Source of the DNA: a virus
Virus record (IMG/VR): IMGVR_UViG_3300027795_000039
Span: 68,027 to 132,026 of that record
Strand: one strand, 5' to 3'
Length of the DNA stretch: 64,000 nucleotides
Below the pieces are notes generated by a model. It saw only the letters and a program-made list of their open reading frames with translations. It ran no database searches and was not told the DNA's origin. The position numbers and the translations under genes were made by a program. Each line of letters opens with the position of its first letter. Position 1 is the first letter of the stretch. Below are positions 21,136 to 30,600 of the stretch, in pieces.

Positions 21136-22229
21136 GATTGCCACCATTGGCTCTTGTTAGAAAATGACTGCCAGGCTGCCTGGTCGTGAACCTGCCATGT
21201 GGTGTTTAGTTTTTTACTACCAATGAGTGATGGTCTACTTCCATTATTATCCCACAGTTCGGCTGAATCAAAGAGGTTATCATCAAGCGCACTGCGGAAG
21301 GTATTCGTTACTGCGCTATGAGTGTCTCGTACCACGCTTTCCGGTACCACGCGACCAGTTACCGCAGCTCGCGCGTTCTCTCGGCGGACCGCTTCATCGG
21401 TATCAACGGTAATGTACTTAGCAGCCACCTGGTACCCAGCATCTCGCGCCTTCGCCAGCCGGTCCTGAATCGCGTTATACCTACCTGTACCAGTACTATC
21501 AAAGGTAACGTTCATGCCGTGTTGCAATGCATCGTGGTAAACTCGGCTGGCAATCAATTTTGACTCATCGTGAGTAAACAATGCTGCTCGCGGGTCACCA
21601 TCCGCAATCATCTGCTGATACTCGGGAAGCTGCGTTTTGATTTCATCAGGATCAACGTGCACGTCAGTACTCGGAATCTTTATCACCGTACTTTTCCCAC
21701 TCGCGGTACCACCACCGAGGAACGTGGCAACTGGGTGATCTGATGTAGGATGGTTGGTAAGAATCTTGGTGATGATCTGACGGTGAAGCTTCTCACGTTC
21801 TGGATCTAGCTGGCCATTCCTGGTATGACGTGTTAGTGAGCAATCGTAATCAGGTGCTTGAATGCGACCTTGGATCGGTGACACGTCACCGGGGCCGACT
21901 TTGATCCACCCGTGGATATAGCCATGCGGTCCTACCTTGTTAATTGTACCAACGGCTTTCACCACCGACCCATTCCGGATCGTGGTATCAGTTGCACTGT
22001 TAAGCAGTGTTGGTAGCACAAGTTTGAATGCGGGATGAAGTGGCAGTGACTTCATCTCCTCAGGCGTGAACCAGCCCCAGTCACCGTTTTCCTCAGGTGT
22101 TTCACCATCAAATGACGGCCAGAACGTCTCACCCGCGTCAGTCATGAAGGTGGTGTACGCCCAGCCGTTGCCATGGTCATCAGTCACCGCGTGGCTAACC
22201 TGAACCGATGGTATATCGTTACCACTCAT
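21132..22229 (-). CDS. C-terminal NUDIX half, GYIHG tag and zeta-toxin-like P-loop kinase
   Basis: ATGA overlap at 22229; WAYTTF..WFTPEEMKSLPLHPAF; GGTASGKST, VDPDEIK, HDES, FDSTG. Confidence 0.85.
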   Translation of the reverse strand: MSGNDIPSVQVSHAVTDDHGNGWAYTTFMTDAGETFWPSFDGETPEENGDWGWFTPEEMKSLPLHPAFKLVLPTLLNSATDTTIRNGSVVKAVGTINKVGPHGYIHGWIKVGPGDVSPIQGRIQAPDYDCSLTRHTRNGQLDPEREKLHRQIITKILTNHPTSDHPVATFLGGGTASGKSTVIKIPSTDVHVDPDEIKTQLPEYQQMIADGDPRAALFTHDESKLIASRVYHDALQHGMNVTFDSTGTGRYNAIQDRLAKARDAGYQVAAKYITVDTDEAVRRENARAAVTGRVVPESVVRDTHSAVTNTFRSALDDNLFDSAELWDNNGSRPSLIGSKKLNTTWQVHDQAAWQSFSNKSQWWQS

Positions 22230-22498
22230 GTTACTGGTCCACTCAGGTGGTTGTATGCTGCCAGGAACTGCCCTGCCTCGACCTTCAGCTGCCGTGGCGC
22301 GGCTTGCCAGCATGCCAGCTGGGTAAAATCACGAACACGATTCACATCGGCTGAGCTCGGCGGCTGTGTCACCTCCGGCCACATCTGCGCGAACGTGGTA
22401 ACGGGTGTACCATCGTGATTCCACAGGTCCCAGCTGCCAAGCTTCGTCCAGTCCTCATTCGCATCAGCTCGTGAGAACGGATATGACCAGGTGCTCAC
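22226..22498 (-). CDS. Trp-rich small protein (NEDW family), candidate immunity protein
   Basis: NEDWTKLGSWDLWNHDG..PP...RVRDFTQLACWQAAP. Confidence 0.75.
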   Translation of the reverse strand: MSTWSYPFSRADANEDWTKLGSWDLWNHDGTPVTTFAQMWPEVTQPPSSADVNRVRDFTQLACWQAAPRQLKVEAGQFLAAYNHLSGPVT

Positions 22499-22506
22499 GT
22501 GTCATC

Positions 22507-24351
22507 CTAAGAGTATCCATCATCACCAGTGGATGATTCCTGTATAATTACATCACCAGGTGTGCTCAGCACAACCCATTCACGTTCACTCAAGCTGCCG
22601 TTACCACTTCGTGGTGTGGAGAACACTCGCTCCGCGGGAACACTGGCTTTAATCAACACGCCGGGACCATTAGAACCGTAATCTTGGTAAAACGCTGCCG
22701 CTTGAGCATCACTTGATGACCACGATGATAGTGGGCGAGCATCACTGGTATTAAGCGTGGTAAGTGCGCCTGGTACCTTAATTGGTCGATCATTATCATC
22801 ATAGCCACTGCCAGTTGATTTCGGCATCGGACCCATCGCCCATTCCGGTGCTTCATTAACGCTATCCCAGTTCATACCACGATACAAACTGACGTTCTTG
22901 ATACCAGCTTTCTTCAGGTCTTGTTGCGTCAGATCGTATTGCGCTCGGACGAATTTATGAAGTGCTGGCTGGTTTTGCGTGTAGAATTCGTCTGTTTTCC
23001 GGCGGAGAGTGGCGTCTGAGTCTGTCCATGGCATTGCGTTTTTAATACCGAGTTCATTCTCAGCTGCGTGTTGCACAGCCAGCCCAGCAACGTTGTGGTC
23101 ATTCGATGACGCGGCCCACAAGTTCACCAGGCTACTCGTTAGCTCAGCGCGAAGTTCATGTTCATCTTCATCAGTCATCATGCCATTACCGGCGAGTTGT
23201 GAGTAAAGGTTTTTCCGGTGACGAGAAATGATATCAGTTGCTTCTTGCTGAATCAACTCAGCTTTTTGGTAACGCTCAGCTTTTTCACCAGGCGAGAGAC
23301 CTGGTACCAAGTCACCGCTGAACAGACTCTTGAGTCGTTCAACATCTTCATTTGACATACCTTGCTCACGGAATGTATCAGCAGTATTAATAATGTCCTG
23401 TGCCGTAAATGAGTCTCCCGGCGTCCAGTTATCTACTGCATCAAGTGTGCCATGCGCCAGCCCAACCGCGTCCAAAACGTGTCCAGCATCATCAGCTACC
23501 TGAAACTTATCTCGTGGATTTTCATCCACACCAGCATCAATTGCACTCGGTCCCACAGCTGCTACAGCCGAGACAACTGCATGCCTCAACCGTGAATACT
23601 GCTCGTTACCAAGCGCAATTTTCGCCAGATCTTGGGTAGAAACATCACTCATTTGTTTCTCAAGACGCTGACTAACTTCTTTTTTGTAATCAGGAGCTTC
23701 CTCGTTATACACGGTTCCATTAGAATCTGGATCACCATTGGCAAGGAAACTTTCAGTCTTATCAAATGATAGGTCATCATCACGTGACGCGCCGAGTTTC
23801 CCCGCTTCGGCGGTTGCGGTATCACCAAGGATACCAGTAGTACCATCACTGAACCGAGCGTAGAAACCATCAGAACTGCCGCTGATAATGTGACCGGGGC
23901 CGTGAATCGCGTGGGTAACCGCATCACCGGATCCGCATGGTGGGTTAACACAAATCCAGTCATGGATGTAGCCTTCCTTGCCCACCTTCTGGATTATACC
24001 AGGTGAGGCACTGCTATCCACTACACTAATCTTACCAAGTTCTTCATTCGCTTCACGAGTGGCACCTTCGAGTGGTGTCTCACCCGGCAACAGCGCCCCA
24101 CCGAACGTGCCCCACTTCCCAGCATTATCAGCTGCGGTGCTGGCACGCTGCTGCAGCAGGTATACCACATCACCATTCGGTCGCCGGCCGCGGATCATCA
24201 GCCCAGCCGCACCTTCAGCACCACAATGCTTATGACCAAGGCCACAGGTGATAGATTTCTCACCTTGATGACGTTTTTCAACATCAGAATCTGCACTTGA
24301 TTGCAGTTCAGCAAAGCACGTGGAAAACCACGGGTCAAATGTAACGGTCAC
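22507..24351 (-). CDS. N-terminal NUDIX half, tag, Tudor-like domain and C-terminal ART-like toxin
   Basis: Nudix box GGALLPGETPLEGATREANEELG; KVGKEGYIHDWICVNPPC; LYRGM..RPLSSWS..SEREWVV. Confidence 0.85.
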   Translation of the reverse strand: MTVTFDPWFSTCFAELQSSADSDVEKRHQGEKSITCGLGHKHCGAEGAAGLMIRGRRPNGDVVYLLQQRASTAADNAGKWGTFGGALLPGETPLEGATREANEELGKISVVDSSASPGIIQKVGKEGYIHDWICVNPPCGSGDAVTHAIHGPGHIISGSSDGFYARFSDGTTGILGDTATAEAGKLGASRDDDLSFDKTESFLANGDPDSNGTVYNEEAPDYKKEVSQRLEKQMSDVSTQDLAKIALGNEQYSRLRHAVVSAVAAVGPSAIDAGVDENPRDKFQVADDAGHVLDAVGLAHGTLDAVDNWTPGDSFTAQDIINTADTFREQGMSNEDVERLKSLFSGDLVPGLSPGEKAERYQKAELIQQEATDIISRHRKNLYSQLAGNGMMTDEDEHELRAELTSSLVNLWAASSNDHNVAGLAVQHAAENELGIKNAMPWTDSDATLRRKTDEFYTQNQPALHKFVRAQYDLTQQDLKKAGIKNVSLYRGMNWDSVNEAPEWAMGPMPKSTGSGYDDNDRPIKVPGALTTLNTSDARPLSSWSSSDAQAAAFYQDYGSNGPGVLIKASVPAERVFSTPRSGNGSLSEREWVVLSTPGDVIIQESSTGDDGYS

Positions 24352-27300
24352 AGTGGTTTCACCTGCCGGACGTTGACCACGAGAGTGCCATCACCTGCGA
24401 TACGAGTACCAGTCACCTCGAAGTTACCAGTGGCAAGGTACTCACGTTCATTAAAATAGGCCGGGTTACCGGCGAGTCGTTCCAACGGCAACGCTTTCTT
24501 CGGACCATCCACCCAGTCCAGCAGCACTGGTGTCGTGTTTTTAGCCGTGACGTGCTGGCCACCTGATACGTGGCTGAAGCTTCGTCCTACATCTGCGTTT
24601 GAAGAAAATGAACCGAGTGAGATATCAATTGGTGAACCAGTCTTATACCGTTCAGCAGCATCACCTGGAATCATCATACCGCGATACAGGTGCTGTTCAC
24701 TAACATCAGAGTCACGGATCGCGCTGAGAAGCAAGTTTACAGTTTTCTTCCGTCCCGGCGTGATATCACCACCGTTTACTGACTTCTCTACATCGGTACG
24801 GATTCGCGCGACCTGCTTACCACCTGTGTTTTGGAACGTGTCCAGAATCTTAACGAGTGCCTTGCCATCCGGCGTTTTCTCTAGCTCATCCAGCGCCTGA
24901 TACCGCTGGTTCATGTTGAACTTACCACTGCGGGCTGGTTTCAGTACCGCTAGGTCTGACCGGAGCTTAATATCCGGTGCTGGCACAACTTTCGGCGTCT
25001 TCTTATCAAGTGCCGCCTGGATATCAGCTCGGTCCTGGTCGCTGATGTTCCGTTTCAAGTACTCACGCAGCTGCGGTACCTTAGCCATCGACCAGTGTTT
25101 AACACCTGCAGGCTGCGGTGTTACTCGGTTAAAGGTGTGGGTGCTACCATCATCGAACTGGGCGGTGACGTGTTTTTCATCATGGCTGGTAATAATACCG
25201 TGGCCGAGTGAGTCATGCTTAATTTCATCGCCCTCGCCTGGTATGCCGACGAAGATCCAGCCGTGGATGTACCCCTTGGCGCCAACCTTCACCAAGTTCG
25301 GCTGCCCGAGTGGTACCAGATTGAAACCGGGTAGTGGCTCCACGGTCATATCAGAGAGGTCGAAGTCACCAACTGACATCGGCGATGCGGCACAGCGACA
25401 GTTTGGATGACCAGGTGGTGCGTCAACGCCATTCAGGAATGCCTGGGAAAGTGGGATTGATCCTTCTGCTTCCGCAGCACGGCAAATTTTACACACGCGC
25501 TCATCTGGAGCAACTAGCCAAGATTTCATAGAAACACCAGCAGCAAGATACTGGTCCAGTGAGGCGGCCGATGACGCTCGTGAGATCTCAGTCTGTGCGA
25601 TCATCTGTGCTCGTGATGGTACGTTCAACAAACTCGAGATATCACTCGCCAGGCTATTCGCATCTTGCCCTGTCGCCAATGCAATACCAATGTACTTAGC
25701 CAGGTCATCGAGTTTGGTAGAAGACACGGACTGGATGGTATTAACGCCCCACTGGTGGAGAAGCTGTTGCAATCGTGGGCCGGTACCAATCTTCAGCGCG
25801 GATTCAACATCACCTGGTTCCCATTCGCCCCAGTCTGGGCCAGTAGCATACTCGGGATACGGATTGGTGCCGGTGTTAAGTTTGATAACAGGTTTTATTA
25901 CCGACTTCCCCAGCGCCACATTCATGGCTGATCGAGAACCGGTAATCGTTACCTGTTGCGGTGAAAACGCAACCATCTCATTGATTTTGCCATCTTTACC
26001 GCGTTGGATGATGCTATCGTGACCACGTTTTTCAGCTTCATCACGGATTGCGGTAGACAACTCATCTTGGGAGGTACTCGGATGCGCCGCACGATACTGG
26101 TTCTGAAAACTCCACACGTCATCATCAGCGCGGTTTGCCATACTTGAGTCCCACGGGTTTTTCACGTTAACCCGAGTGGATAGTACCTTTCCATCATCAG
26201 CAGCTATACCATACGTTGCAGCATAATCAGGTCGCTCAGTTAGGTAGATGCCCTCGCCGGCCCAGCCACGATTACCTGAATTTTCACCGATATATGATTC
26301 ATCAAATCCGTGATCGGTAATTGATGTCGCTTTATCACTGCTGGCGGTGCCGTGGTACATTTCTTGCGGTACAGCTGAATTTTTAGCCCAGTTAATGGCA
26401 TCATTATCATCTTTAGCCGGTGACCAGCCAGCAACTCTTTTCCAGCCGTGAATATAACCTTTTGGTCCTACCTTGGTAATCATCGCTGATTTTGTCGTAC
26501 CAACTGAACTCAAATCGTTTAGCTGAGTCGCCTGGACAACGAGCCGGCCACCTCGCCCCGTGGTAACGCCATTAACACGGTACTTACCACCAGCAATCCA
26601 TTCTTGCTCATTGGTAACCTGGACACCATCACGGGTGAATGGCGTCTTCGACATGTCAATGCCTTTACTACCGGGATCAACTTCGAGTAGCACGGAGCTA
26701 TCAGCGGAAGCAAATTCTTTCGCTGACTCACGGTCCTCAGAAAACGATGATGCTGGAATGGTAAACGTATTACCTGGCGTCATCTGAGACATGAATGCTT
26801 TGGCTTTATCCTGGTTATCCCAGGTCCATGCCATTCCACGGTAAACTGGTTTACCTGAGGTTTCGGGATGCCGGAGGCTTTCAGCGATTGACCGAGCGTG
26901 ATCCGGTATTTTAGCATCATGATCACTGATACCATGAGCGATATCATCGTAACTAACTTCACCGTGCTGCCAGGCTGCTATCGCATCTGGGTCAACTTTT
27001 ATCCACCCGTGGATGTAGCCTTTTGGCCCCACTTTGGTAAGAATGGCAGATGCTGATGCGGTGGATGCTGGTGCTGCTGGTAGGTTAGCCAGCACGTGTC
27101 GCGCTGAAATCGCACCAAGCGTGTACCCATCGGTCCACAGTGGTGTGAGCACCGGTCGCAACGCTGCTGCGATACGATTCCGTACCTCTTGTGCAGCGTA
27201 GGTGGGAGTGACGCGAACTTCGCCAGTGATGAGCTGGGCGAGGAATGAGCGAGCGGAAGCCATGCCATCGGAGAACGCGGCTGCGATCTGCGGCGCGTAG

Positions 27301-27608
27301 ATGCTGGCGAGTTGCTGATCGCGTTCCCAGCCGGGCCACTGCGCATCGGTTACCGATTTGCTGGCGCTACCAATTGACACTGGGTCAAGTAGCTCAGCAA
27401 CTTCATGCTGAAGTGTCGCCGGGGCAGCCTGCCACGACGGCAATGACATAAGCGAGCGCAGGTACTGGAGGTCAGCCAGCATCGGCGGATAACCATAGCC
27501 GGGGATCAGCTGGCTGAGATCGGTAACTGGTGAACCGTCATCGTTCCACCGATCCCATGACCGGGTACGAATCCAATCTTCGTTCAGATCAGTCAAAGAT
27601 GCCGTCAC
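24348..27608 (-). CDS. MuF / SPP1 gp7-like head morphogenesis protein carrying three tagged ART modules and an N-terminal NEDW domain
   Basis: GTGA overlap with the portal stop; RAQMIAQTE..KSW..DERVCKIC..PPGHPNCRC; ART motifs VYRG..SSFS..EQE, MYHGT..GIYLT..Y..E, LYRG..GSFS..ERE. Confidence 0.9.
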   Translation of the reverse strand: MTASLTDLNEDWIRTRSWDRWNDDGSPVTDLSQLIPGYGYPPMLADLQYLRSLMSLPSWQAAPATLQHEVAELLDPVSIGSASKSVTDAQWPGWERDQQLASIYAPQIAAAFSDGMASARSFLAQLITGEVRVTPTYAAQEVRNRIAAALRPVLTPLWTDGYTLGAISARHVLANLPAAPASTASASAILTKVGPKGYIHGWIKVDPDAIAAWQHGEVSYDDIAHGISDHDAKIPDHARSIAESLRHPETSGKPVYRGMAWTWDNQDKAKAFMSQMTPGNTFTIPASSFSEDRESAKEFASADSSVLLEVDPGSKGIDMSKTPFTRDGVQVTNEQEWIAGGKYRVNGVTTGRGGRLVVQATQLNDLSSVGTTKSAMITKVGPKGYIHGWKRVAGWSPAKDDNDAINWAKNSAVPQEMYHGTASSDKATSITDHGFDESYIGENSGNRGWAGEGIYLTERPDYAATYGIAADDGKVLSTRVNVKNPWDSSMANRADDDVWSFQNQYRAAHPSTSQDELSTAIRDEAEKRGHDSIIQRGKDGKINEMVAFSPQQVTITGSRSAMNVALGKSVIKPVIKLNTGTNPYPEYATGPDWGEWEPGDVESALKIGTGPRLQQLLHQWGVNTIQSVSSTKLDDLAKYIGIALATGQDANSLASDISSLLNVPSRAQMIAQTEISRASSAASLDQYLAAGVSMKSWLVAPDERVCKICRAAEAEGSIPLSQAFLNGVDAPPGHPNCRCAASPMSVGDFDLSDMTVEPLPGFNLVPLGQPNLVKVGAKGYIHGWIFVGIPGEGDEIKHDSLGHGIITSHDEKHVTAQFDDGSTHTFNRVTPQPAGVKHWSMAKVPQLREYLKRNISDQDRADIQAALDKKTPKVVPAPDIKLRSDLAVLKPARSGKFNMNQRYQALDELEKTPDGKALVKILDTFQNTGGKQVARIRTDVEKSVNGGDITPGRKKTVNLLLSAIRDSDVSEQHLYRGMMIPGDAAERYKTGSPIDISLGSFSSNADVGRSFSHVSGGQHVTAKNTTPVLLDWVDGPKKALPLERLAGNPAYFNEREYLATGNFEVTGTRIAGDGTLVVNVRQVKPL

Positions 27609-30600
27609 GTTACCGCCGTCACCTTCCGCGACGAGTCGACGCCGACGCTGCCAGGCGCGGCCATGATCACCCATTCTTCTTCCAGCAAGCAACCGAACCC
27701 GGTGCGCGGGGTGCTGAATACCAGCTCGGCCGGGACCGTTGTCTTTAGTACCAGCCCGGTCTCACCTGAGGTACGCATCTCATCGGTGTAAGCGAACTCA
27801 TTGGCTACTGTAGCCGCGCCGGACCACGATGAGATTGGGCGCCACTTCGGCGCGCTAACCTCATCTCCAGCCTTCATCGCCTTACCGTCATCACCAAATG
27901 CCCACGGCGCGGTATCGCCGGTGACGTGCATCCCGCGGTAAACCGTGACGTGGGTAATCCCAGCGGCCTTCAGGTCAGCTTGGGTCCGGTTGTATTGTGA
28001 CCGGACCATGGCCCGTAGCGCCTTTTCATTCTTAACGTAAACGTCGTTTACCTGGTCAGCCACGTCACCTGACTCCTTGGCCCAATCGGCCACGTTGCTT
28101 AGCCTCAGCTCATCGGTTACGGCGCGCTGCGTGGCCAAGGATAGGATGTCGTTGTCGTTCGATGACATGGCCCAGCGGGCGATGATGCTTCTGAAAGCGT
28201 TATCTCTGATTTTCTTCAGATCATTTTCGGTAACCGGTGGTAGGTCAGCTCCATGACCAATCTGGTCAGCCTTCTTCATTAGCGCGGCTTTAGCCGCTTC
28301 CACGCCGCCGTCATCCTTGAACTCCGGTAGGTTCTTCTCGGTAAACCCACGGTAACCGGGAAAACCAGGCGTTAGCTTAGTCATGGCTTCCAGTGACTGG
28401 CGATCGGTGATTTTAGCAGCCACGGCTCGGATGGCGTTCGCCTGCGCTTTGATCTTTTTCACTGACACTGGCCCAGCGTACGCCATTACGTAATCATCCG
28501 GATGCTCGGCTACGTCGGGGTTCACGCCTGGATCGATGGTAGTGCGATTGCTGCTGATCTTCAGCAGATCAGCGGTGCTGAAGTCCTTCATGTCCTTAGC
28601 CAGCGCCGCGGCTACCGACGCCTTCAGGGTAGGCGCATCGGCTTTCTTTACCTTACCAGCTCGACCAGACAGCGGCTGGTTCAAGAACGCTCGTAGTTCA
28701 CCGGTTACCTTCGCTCCAGGAACAGCAGTAGCAGATGTTCGCGGGGTACCATTAGGAATTGCAGCGTGAACTTGAGCGTAAGGTGATTGCTCACTGAAAT
28801 CATGCCGGGTTTTACCGCTATTGTAATGACCTGCCAGGGTGCCTAGCGCGTTATCACGGCCAGCATGACTGGAAACGTGGCCATCTGAATGAGTAATTAC
28901 GTACTTACCGTTGTCATGCACGATGCTACCGACCTGGTAACCGGAAGGTTTGTGCATTATCGTGCCATTACGTTTGACCTGTAGGTCTGAGGCTTTAATC
29001 TTGTCCGGTTTTTCGCCACATGGCGGCCTTACGCAGATGAAACCGTGAATGTAACCATCTGGTCCGACCTTCAGTACGTCAGCAGTTTCCACTCCACGAA
29101 AGGGGGCGGCGCCAGTTTTAGCCACATCTTCTACTATATCAACTGGTTGACTGTCTTGCCACTGGTAGTCACTCTTCGCCAGCACCACGTCACTCGCACG
29201 TGCCTTCGCCAGATTCACCGCGTTACGTGGGTCCAGCCCCTCGGCCATGGCCTTCGCGACGTTAGCGAGCAATGACTCCGAAATGTAGCGTGCTTCCCAC
29301 GTGGTAACGTGGCGGCCCTTGGTAAGGTGGCGAGTAAGTGCCTCGAGTTCGGCATCCGCTCGTTTTTGAGCGAGGTTACCAGCGTAAAGTGGGTGTGAGA
29401 TTTCCTGATTAAGACGTGGATCATCATCATCCCACGGGTTGATCGCGGCACTGGCGATCTGCTGATGACTGTATGGCATCCGCCGGATAACTTTGACTGG
29501 TGCAGCGCTCCGGTAATTCGGTTCCACATCGTAACCATTACTTGCGGTGGCGTGCTGGGAATCGCGTTCGAATTGCCCGGTGGGCTCCACCTGGTACACG
29601 CTGTACCGGTCATCTTTCGGTGATTCCGGTTCCGGGTCATCACGCATACCCGCGTACTCGGCGGCGCGTCCAGGATCACGAGTTAGGTAAACATGATTCG
29701 GTGAGGACTCATCATGTGAACCAGTGCGCTCACTACCCGGCACCTGGCTCGCTGGGCTGATCAGATCACCAGGGCTGAAGTGTTTCGTGGTACCGTGGTA
29801 GAACACCGGTTTAGCATCCACGGCTGGCCCCTCGTGAACCCAGCCGTGGATGTACCCCTTCGGACCCACCTTGTTGATCACAACTGAGGCAGCAGACTTC
29901 TTGGTACTCGCTGCTTCACTGTTTGCGGCCTGCGCCGCGTTGTGAGCTGGTGTCGGTTTACCACTCTGCGCCGCATTTTGATTCTGAGCTGCTTCGGCCT
30001 TACCTTCCGCACCAGCTGCACCAGTTGGTTGTGGCTTAGCGCCACCAGGCATACCAGGCGGCACCGTCGGCTCATTCATCCGGACCTCATGTGACTCTTG
30101 CGAAATTTGAGTCCGGGCTTGCGTCGCTGCGGTATTCGCCTGAGTAGCACCGGTCTGTGCTTGAGTCTGACCAGCTTGCGCCTGGGTCTGCTGAGCCTGG
30201 GCGGCGGACTGGGCAGCGGCGTTCTGCGCATTCGCCACGGCGGTGGAAAGCGGGGTGGGACCGGTGGGTGTAACGATAAGCGGCTCAGACGACTCTTCGA
30301 GGCCGTACGGCTGCAGGTTCAGTTCCTGCCGGCACTCATCGAGAGTACGCATGCCATTCTGGAACTGCTGGACGAGGACACCGGTGAGGGCATCCATGTC
30401 TTCTTCTTGCTGCAACCCCTCGAAAGTGAACATCATGTCGGTCTGGCCGCACACGTGCTCGAGGATGCCATTGAAGATGTCCTGCAGGAACTGCAGCATA
30501 GGCGTGATATTCACGTCTTGCGAGTTATTCTGCGTCATCTTCGACATCTGGTTCGCCGCACCAGATGAGGTTGATGATGACCGGCCTGGACTAAGGCCGA

